32,000 nucleotides of DNA from Alkanindiges illinoisensis DSM 15370 (lineage in GTDB: Bacteria > Pseudomonadota > Gammaproteobacteria > Pseudomonadales > Moraxellaceae): NCBI RefSeq assembly GCF_000619845.1, contig NZ_KK211037.1:30001-62000 (forward strand), read 5' to 3'. Made by a program: the position numbers and the translations under genes. The notes beneath the pieces are model-generated. The model was given only the letters and a program-made list of their open reading frames with translations. It was not told the DNA's origin and searched no databases. Shown here piece after piece: positions 1 through 8,700 of this stretch (the stretch's first letter is position 1; each line of letters begins with the position of its first letter).

Positions 1-3
1 AAC

Positions 4-2700
4 ATGATCACTTGTAATACTAGAGCGACTTTTGGTTCCAGACGGTTTTTATGGGCACAACTGGGTCTGCTGGCGTTAAGCATTGGTAGCCTGTTTTGCC
101 ACGATGCACATGCTGCACCGCTGGCTGGCACGATTATCAGCAACATGGCTATTGGTGAATATAAGGAAGAAGGCTCAAGCGTGGTGCAAACCAGCCGCTC
201 CAACCTGGTTCAAACCACCATTATTCCGGTTTATACCTTTACCCTGACCGCCAACCGTAGCGTGCAAGCCACTGCGGGCCAGCGGGTATTTTTCTCGCAT
301 GAACTGAGCAATACCGGCAACAGCACGGATCGCTACAATTTAACTGCTGCCAACCTGACTGGTGATAATTTTGATTACAGCAGTATTGTGGTGTATCTGG
401 ATGCCAATCGTGATGGCATTCCTGATGGCAGTGCAATTAGCAGTTATAGCCTGGCCGCTGGTGAATCAATAGGTTTGCTGGTTGGTGCCACCATTCCAGC
501 CGGTAGCAGCAATGCGGCAACTGGTGATGTCCAGCTCACCGCCACCTCACAAACCAGCAGCCAGTCCCAGCAAAATACCGACCGCAGTACGGTGAGCAAT
601 CAAGCCGTGATTCTGGTGCGCAAGTCATTTTCAGTCAGCACCGTTAATCAAAACCAGATTGTGACGGTGCGGCTGGATTATGAAAATCCCGGCGTGGTGG
701 CCAGCGGGCAGGTTAGCATCAGTGATACCCTTAACGCTGCACAACTCTCCTATGTGAATGATGGCACTGAAAACTGGAATGGCCAGATTGTTGATCCTGC
801 TACTGGTAGCAATGATCCAACAGGGATTAATTATTATTTAAATGGCAATACTATCAATGCGGTATTAACCAGTGTCCCGGCAGGTAGTTCCGGTTTTATC
901 CAGTTTAAGGTTAAGGTGAACCAAGTATTACCCGGCCGTATTCCCAACACGGTGCAGGTGAGCTATGACCACGACAACAGTGCGGCCACCACCGATATTA
1001 GCACAAACAGTAACACGGCAATTTTAACCATTAATCCCAGTTATGGCGTGGAAATCAATGGCATTTCTACCAGTGCCAGCAGTGCTGCAGCCGATAATCT
1101 GGTAACAGCCCCTGCGGTCAGCTCCGGTGGCGAGCTGCTGTTTAGGAACTATGTGTGGAACACCGGCAATAGTGAAGACCGTTTTAATCTAAGCTTTACC
1201 AATGACAATTTCCCAACCCCGCATCAGGTGGAATTCTACCGTGCCGATGGCGTGACGCCGTTGCTGGACAGCAATGGCGACGGCATTACGGATACCGGAC
1301 TGTTACAGGCGGGTGAAAAACTGGAAATTGTGGTCAGGTTACGCACCCCAACCACCTTTGCAGCCAGCGCTACCACCAGCTATAGCCTGTTTCCAAAAGC
1401 GCAATCGCTGGGCAACAGCAGCAAAACCGATACCGTAGAAGATCGCGGCAGTATCATCATTACCGATGCCAGCCGACTGGTGGATTTAACCAACAGCCCG
1501 GAAACCAGCAACAACGGAACGGGCAATAGCAGTATCAAGAATGCAGGCAATCCATGGAAAACCCTCACCGGGAGCTCATCGGGCACGGTAATTTTTCCAT
1601 TGTCAGTCAAGCATATGGGGACGCCCACAGCGTATGCCTTGAGCGCCGATGCCGATGGCAATTTTACTACCGTGGACTTGCCGCAGGGTGTGGCTGCCAT
1701 TCGCTTTTACCAGTCAACCAGTAATAGCTGTACTACGCTGGGCAGTGAAATCCAGCAAACCCGCCTGCTGGCTGATGGTGAAAGCCAGTTGTACTGCGCG
1801 GTCGTGACATTAAAGGCTGATGTAGCCACTGCCAGCAATATTCCCGTGTATTTCAAGGTGGCATCCAGCACTTATGTAAGCAGTAATAACGCCAGCAATC
1901 CCGGCTTTGATACCCTGATGAATGCCATTAATATCAGCAGCCTGAATAGCACTGGCAGCGTGGTGCTAACACCGGATCTGCGCGGACAGATTGCCCCGAA
2001 TGGCACGATTGTGTATAGCCATAACCTGATTAATAACGCTGCAACAGCACTTAATGGTAACTATTATCTGGCCATTAGCAACGACCAGCCCGGTTTTGAA
2101 ACTACCCTGTATTATGACCTCAACAACAATGGCCAGCTTGACAGCACAGACCTGCTGATTAATGGCACCTACAACATTAATGGCAGCATGATTGCCGCAG
2201 GTGCCCAGTTGCGGATTTTCGCCAAGGTACAGAACACGGGTTACAGCGGGGTAGGGGTGGTCAATACCACCAATATCATCATGCGTGATGGCAGTAACAA
2301 CACCATTGATTCGGTCACTGACATTACCACCATTAGTGCCACCCAGATTCGCCTGTCAAAACTGCAAGCCAAGGATAATAACTGTGATGGCGTGGCTGAG
2401 GGCAGCTATACCGCTGCCACCTTAACCATTGGCCGCAATGCTAATGGTTCCGGCCAGTGTGTGCTGTACCGTGTGACCGTACAAAATCAGGGTGCACTCA
2501 ATATTGGCGCATTCAACTTCCGGGATACCACACCGGCTGCTACCGTAATGGTGATTGCGCCAGTGTGTAGCAGTTGCACTGCAAATACCATTAGCGCGCC
2601 TGCCATTGGCCAGTCCGGCAGTATCAGCGGCACCGTTCCAGCAGTTGCCAGCGGCGCAAGCCATGTCTTTGAATTCGGGGTGCGCTATGCCGGCCAATAA
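4..2700 (+). CDS. Secreted multi-domain Ig-like (DUF11/CARDB-type) fibre subunit, paralog A. It has an N-terminal orphan strand and a C-terminal truncated DUF11-like domain.
   Basis: Uninterrupted 898-codon ORF with ATG at nt 4. The frame is open to the window edge, so an upstream start cannot be excluded. Sec-type signal peptide MITCNTRATFGSRRFLWAQLGLLALSIGSLFCHDAHA/AP. T/S/N/G/A-rich protein with recurring beta-sandwich signatures (FFSHELSNTGNSTDRYNL, VWNTGNSEDRFNL, YSHNLINNAA) and DxNxDG loops (YLDANRDGIPDG, DSNGDGITD, DLNNNGQLD). Co-linear with the 900-aa ORF at 10180-12882. Confidence 0.8.
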   Translation: MITCNTRATFGSRRFLWAQLGLLALSIGSLFCHDAHAAPLAGTIISNMAIGEYKEEGSSVVQTSRSNLVQTTIIPVYTFTLTANRSVQATAGQRVFFSHELSNTGNSTDRYNLTAANLTGDNFDYSSIVVYLDANRDGIPDGSAISSYSLAAGESIGLLVGATIPAGSSNAATGDVQLTATSQTSSQSQQNTDRSTVSNQAVILVRKSFSVSTVNQNQIVTVRLDYENPGVVASGQVSISDTLNAAQLSYVNDGTENWNGQIVDPATGSNDPTGINYYLNGNTINAVLTSVPAGSSGFIQFKVKVNQVLPGRIPNTVQVSYDHDNSAATTDISTNSNTAILTINPSYGVEINGISTSASSAAADNLVTAPAVSSGGELLFRNYVWNTGNSEDRFNLSFTNDNFPTPHQVEFYRADGVTPLLDSNGDGITDTGLLQAGEKLEIVVRLRTPTTFAASATTSYSLFPKAQSLGNSSKTDTVEDRGSIIITDASRLVDLTNSPETSNNGTGNSSIKNAGNPWKTLTGSSSGTVIFPLSVKHMGTPTAYALSADADGNFTTVDLPQGVAAIRFYQSTSNSCTTLGSEIQQTRLLADGESQLYCAVVTLKADVATASNIPVYFKVASSTYVSSNNASNPGFDTLMNAINISSLNSTGSVVLTPDLRGQIAPNGTIVYSHNLINNAATALNGNYYLAISNDQPGFETTLYYDLNNNGQLDSTDLLINGTYNINGSMIAAGAQLRIFAKVQNTGYSGVGVVNTTNIIMRDGSNNTIDSVTDITTISATQIRLSKLQAKDNNCDGVAEGSYTAATLTIGRNANGSGQCVLYRVTVQNQGALNIGAFNFRDTTPAATVMVIAPVCSSCTANTISAPAIGQSGSISGTVPAVASGASHVFEFGVRYAGQ

Positions 2701-2734
2701 GTTTATGTCTAAAAATTTAGAAGGGTGCAACCGC

Positions 2735-5700
2735 ATGCCAGCCCAGCCTGTAACCGCCAGTCAAACTGGTCAGACTACTAAAGCGCCAGCCACTTCCCAT
2801 AGGTTGCTGTCGGTATGGCTAAAAACAGCCATGCTCGTCTTGCTGGGTGCAAGTTCCGGGCTGTATGCGGCACCGCCAACCATGGAGTTATTTACCGCAG
2901 GTGGCAGCACCACCGCAACTGGGCCTAGCACATCAGCACAAACCAATACCTATGCCTTTAACCCGGATAACCCATCAGGGACAACGGCATCCAGTACCTA
3001 TTATCCCAAGACAGCGGTTACCTATACCATTGAAAACCAGCAATACACTGGGACGCTGGCAAATACCGGTCTGGTGTTTGGTGGTGATGGTGACAATATC
3101 TATATTCCTTTAAGTGGACAGGGCTCACCAGCCGCTACAGATTTTACCTCCAGCCGTTTAAATGCAACACCCGGTACTGGTATTGATATCAATAATAACT
3201 ATGGCACCCGCTTCTTATTAAGGGCAGGCAGACTTGATAATAATAGTACGCATAATACAAGTACTGTAAATGGTGGCTTAGGCCATTATTTTGGCGATAT
3301 TGTGGTGGCCTGGAACCGGCCGGTTTTTAATCCTATTATTAATATTTCTGGCTTGGGCGGAACATCAAGTAATTTGGGTTTTGCAGCACAATTCCAGCTA
3401 AGCAGTCCGCCAACAGGCACAACCATTAGCCGGCTCTCTGGCCGTAATATGGGTGTGTCAGGTTTTAATATTACCAATACCGCTGCTGATATTGGTGCAA
3501 CCGCCAGTGCTGGAGGTTCTAGCGGCAGTATTCAGGTTTTAAACGATAACCCGATTACTACCTTGCGCTTTAGGGTGTATGTCCGCAGTGATAGCACTAC
3601 CAATAGTACAGACTGGGGCAGTACTACTGCCGCCGATGCCTTTGTATTTAGTGCTTCCAGTGTGGATTCTACCGTTGGTGATTTATACGTTAGCAAAACC
3701 AATAACACGACATCTGTCGTGCAGGGTGGCAGTACAACTTATACCGTACGTGTGACCAATGCCGGGCCAAGTACTATTGCAACACCTATTTTAAAAGACA
3801 GTAGTAGCACAGGATTGACTGCAACGGCAGTGGGCTGTAGTAGTGCCAGTGGTAACAAGTGTACCACCACACCCACCTTAGCCAGTTTAAACAGTGGCAT
3901 TACCATTGCCTCACTGGCCAGTGGCGAATTTTATGAAATTCTGGTGACATCCAATGTTACGGCTAGCAGTGGCAACGTCACCAATACGGCCACGGTTGAA
4001 TTACCTAACTTTGCCTCCTCAACAGGTGAAAGCTGTGTGACGTCTAATGGCATTACCCGTAGTTATAATCAAACGACAGGGACTTGTACCACTACCGATA
4101 CCGACAGCGTAACACCTGCGACCAACTTGGCTATTACCAAAACTGGAACAACTTCTGTCAAGGCAGGCCAGCCAGTTAGCTATACCATTAAGGTCTGGAA
4201 CAAGGGACCTGCAGCAGTCACTGATGCGGTAATGACCGATAATGTGCCGGCCAATATTTCCGGGCCAATTCTAACCTGTGTGGCCAGTGGCACGGCAACC
4301 TGCGGTACATTCAATACCCATGTTGCAGGCAGCAATGCCCGTAGCGCAACAGGGATTAGTCTACCTGTGGATAGCACGGGCAATACCAGTTATGTGACCT
4401 ATACGGTCACAGGTTTGGCTTATCAAACCGGAACATTTACCAATACAGCAACCATTAGCTCAGCTTCTGTGCCAGAAACTGACAGTTCAGACAATAGTGC
4501 TTCCAAAAGCACAACCATAACTGTGGATGCGCCTGTCACCAGTGGCACTGCATCCAATCAATGTAGTGCGGCACAGGCAGTGAACATTCTCACGCCAACA
4601 GCATTTACGGTATTTGACGGTGATGGCACTGGTGCCAGTTTTACCGGAACGCTGGCGGCAACAGTCAATAATACCGGAACAGTCTATGGCACCGGCACCA
4701 ATGGCGCGATTGTGTTGAGTGGCAAGTTGTCATGGTCTTATGGTTCACCCATCGTAACTGGCTCAACGCTAAGTATTAGAGTTAATGGCGTTGACTATGC
4801 TGTTCTAACCACGCCTGGAGCTTCCAGCAACGGGTCAGCCAGTTCCAATGCAGGCACTGCTACCCTAACTGCTTTAAACGGTGCTTCGGTAACGCCAGCA
4901 ACCTTAACTATTGATAATACCTATACCAGTTATACTGGCCGTGCTACCTTTACACTGACCCTGCCTACCGGAGTAACTTCCATTACCAGTGCGCAGGCGG
5001 TTTATCAAAATAATAATCCACGCACACCAACTGGCAGTACCGGTGATGACTTTGGGGTATCGCTGGATTCAGCACTGCAATGTCAAAAGCCGATTGTTAA
5101 AATTGCCAAGATTTCCAATGGCGGTGTAGGCACATTTGGTTTTACTGGCTTAAGCAACCTGAGCAATGCCAGTGGTACAGCCGTTACTACCGATAGTGTA
5201 AGCACCACCACAGCAGGCACGGCTGTCACCTCTGCGCAGGTGAACTACGCCACAGCCAACAGCACAGCAGTAGGAATCACTGAAAGTGCAGTGTCCGGTT
5301 ATAACCTGACAGCAGCCAGCTGTACTGATGCCAATAGCGCTGTTACCAGCAATACCGGGAGTTTTGGTAGCCTGTCCGGCAACACCTTAACCATTCCCGC
5401 TGCCAATGTGAAATACGGTGCTAACCTAACCTGTACTTTTAACAATACCAAACAGCGTAACCTGACCTTGCGAAAAATCTGGGTCAATGCACGCATCAAT
5501 GATGCAGCGACCATCACGGCAACAGGCCTAAACAGCTTTGTCTCCACAGCCAATACAGCCAGTGAAACCGATACTGCCAGTGCACAAGCAGTAACTGTGG
5601 GCAGTACAGTAACTCTGGGTGAAAATATTTCTACCGGCGCAGGCTATTATAATGCGGTACTAAGTTGTACACGCGATAGTGACAATGCAGCCGTTAGTAT

Positions 5701-8700
5701 AACTGGCAACAACCTGATCATGCCGGATGCTGATGTCACCTGTGGTTATACCAATAGTCGCAAGTCTGCCAGCCTGACCCTGCAAAAAATCTGGGCCAAT
5801 GCCAAGCTTAATGATGCGGCAACCATTACCGCAACTGGCCTGACCAGCTTGTCGGCTGTTGCCAATACTGCTAGCGAAACTGATGTAGCAGCAGGCCAGA
5901 CGGTCTATGCCGGTGACAGCATTACACTGGGTGAAACATTCACTACAGGCAGTATCAGCAACTACACCAGTAGTCTGGCGTGTACAGGTAATGCCACCGC
6001 GCTCACAGGCTCTACCCTGACGGTAAATCCTGCTGACACAGCCATTACCTGTAGTTATACCAATAGCCGGATTGCCCAGCAGTTAAGCCTGTCCAAGCAA
6101 TGGCAAAATGCAGTGAACGGGCATACTGCAACAGCTACCACCACAGGCGGCACCAATAATGCAACGTTTAGCTCAACCTCAACAGGTAATAACAGCACTA
6201 ACGGTAGTGCAGTCACGATGTATGCCGGAGATGTGGTTACCTTGCCAACTGAAACCCTTGGCGGTGGCGCCAGTGCTGCACAATACAACAGTACACTGGC
6301 CTGTAGCGGTGGCACCACCTTGGCCAGTGGCGCAGTGGCACGAAGCATTACCATTAGCAACAGCACCACAGCAACCGTGTGTACTTACACCAATGCGCGC
6401 AAGTCTGCCACATTAACCCTAAGTAAAATCTGGTCTGCAGGCAGTATTGCGGGCAACACAGCTACTGTTACAAGTAGTGGTTTTGGCAACAATGCAACCT
6501 CTGGAACTTCCACTGCAACCACAGCAGGTAATACCACAACCGGCACTAGCGTTACCGTATATGCCGGCGAAAGCGGTACCATTAGTGAAACTTTTGGTAC
6601 AGGCAATGCCAGTAACTACAGTGCTACGCTGGCCTGTAGTGGCAACAGCACTGCGCTCAGTGGCAATACCCTGAGCATTAATCCGGCTGACACGGCCATT
6701 AGCTGTAGCTATACCAACACTGTTGCTGGCACAGATCTTGCCATTGACAAGACTGGAACCAGTAGCGTGACGCAAGGCAACAATGTCAGCTATAGCATCA
6801 AGGTCTGGAATAAAGGGCCGGGTGCAGCCAGCAGCAGCACGTTCACTGACACCGTACCCAGTGCCCTGACCAATGTAAGCTGGAGCTGTAGTGCCAGTGG
6901 TAGCGCTGTTTGTGGTACAGCCAGTGGTAGTGGCAACAGCATTAGCGTGGCAACAGGCACACTGCCAGTTAATGCCAGCAGTACGGCACCAACCAGTGGC
7001 AGCTACCTGACCTTTACGGTAAATGGAACAGCCAGTAGCTCGGGTAATATTACCAACACGGCCACCATTGCCGTGACTTCAGGTGCTGATCCGGTCAGCA
7101 GCAATAACAGTAGCAGTGCCAGCACTACAATTAGTACGCCGGCGGCGATCATTGCCGACACACCGCAAAAAGAAGCACGGTTTGTCATTACTCCTGATCT
7201 GCCCACCATTTATCGCGGGCAGTCTGGCACCCAGCTGATTAGCATTACCAACCAGGGACCGGATGATGCCAGCGGGACTGTGGCTGTTTTCAAACCGCGA
7301 ACCCAGACTGGGGTTACGGTCACCAGCGTCAAGATTGTCAATGGTGCCAACTGTAGCCTGTCTTCCGGGGAGTGGTCATGCCCGGTGGGTAGCATTGCCA
7401 ATGGCGGCAGTTTCCAGCTGCAAGTAGGTTATGACACCACGGCATCCTCTACACTCGGTACTGCTATTCAGGCCGATATCCGGGTAGGGAGTAATGAATT
7501 CAACCCGGGTAGTGGGGTCGGTGAATCACTTTATAACGTCTGGGGAAGTACCAACCCTAATGGCAATAGCCAGTTTAATGAAATCCGTCCTAATGGTGCA
7601 TTTGCGCTGAGTTATGGCACTGCAAATGGCAGTGAAAATGTTAATCTGTCAACTGTATGGTTACCCACTCAGGTTAATCCTACAGGTGCTTATCTGACCC
7701 AGGCAGCTATTGGCGGCAATAACAGTGTCTTTGGCCCTTCAGGCACTTATAATCCAATGATTAGCCGCATCATTACCAGCTTAAACACCGACACAGCCAA
7801 ATCACAGACCCTGCTGGCACTGGATCCTGCTACTCAGGCAGGTGATAACCGCCGGGTATGGCAACTAATTACAGGTATTTATGTGCCTGCCAACAGTACA
7901 GCTTCATTATGTATCGGTAATGCTGGCAGTCAGCTGGATGACGGCGCTTACATCATGCTTAATGGTAGTCAGGTCGGGACAGATGGCAAATGGAGCTCAA
8001 GCCCGTTCATTCAAACCAGTGTGCCTTTAAATACAGGCTACAACCGGATTACTTACCGTATAGCAAATCGCAATACCCCAGGTAGCAATGAAGATTATGC
8101 GCAAGGTCTGTATGGCGAAATCGGCTTGTCAATCAATGGTGGTGCCTGTACCGCAGCTAGTCTGGATGCAACAGCACGGCTACAAATCCCAGCCAGCATC
8201 AACATTGTTGAAAAGCAGGTTGTCAACATTAGCGGGCAAGTATTTGAAGACAACAGTGGCAGCACCGCAGTCAACAGCAATGCTTACAATGGGGTTAAAA
8301 ATATCGGTGAAGCAGGAATTACAGGCAGCTCAGTCAGCATTACCAACTGTAATAGCACGACTGTTGCCACTACCAAAACTGATGCCAATGGTGAGTATAG
8401 CTTTAGCCTGTCACCTACTGATTTGCCAGCAGGCAGTTTCTGTATTGCCCAAACCAACCTAACCGGTTATTCCTCAGTTAGCGGCACGACGGGTTATAGC
8501 CGTGCCACCGACCGAATTACAGTGAGCAATACCGGTGCTAGCAGCTATAGCAACCACAATTTCGGGGATGCACGCTTAACTGCATTGCTCAGTGAAGATG
8601 GCCAGCAAACCATTACTGCCGGCGGCGTGGCTGATTATCCGCATCGCCTGACGGCTCAAAGTGTGCTGACCATCAACAGCCTGAACCAGACCCCCTCACA

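Noticed and set aside
2555-2734. 5' extension of the giant-adhesin ORF (ORF-track start at 2555), overlapping the last 146 nt of the upstream gene.
   Set aside because: The extension (MRQCVAVALQIPLARLPLASP...) has no signal-peptide character and lies in an alternative frame of P1. Better-placed ATGs at 2705 and 2735 follow the P1 stop and precede the real hydrophobic signal core.
5090-6720. The tandem repeats as recent DNA duplications, an assembly artefact or a recombination hotspot.
   Set aside because: The copies differ extensively at third positions and in length (303-366 nt). I saw no long identical DNA stretches, so this is an old protein-level repeat.
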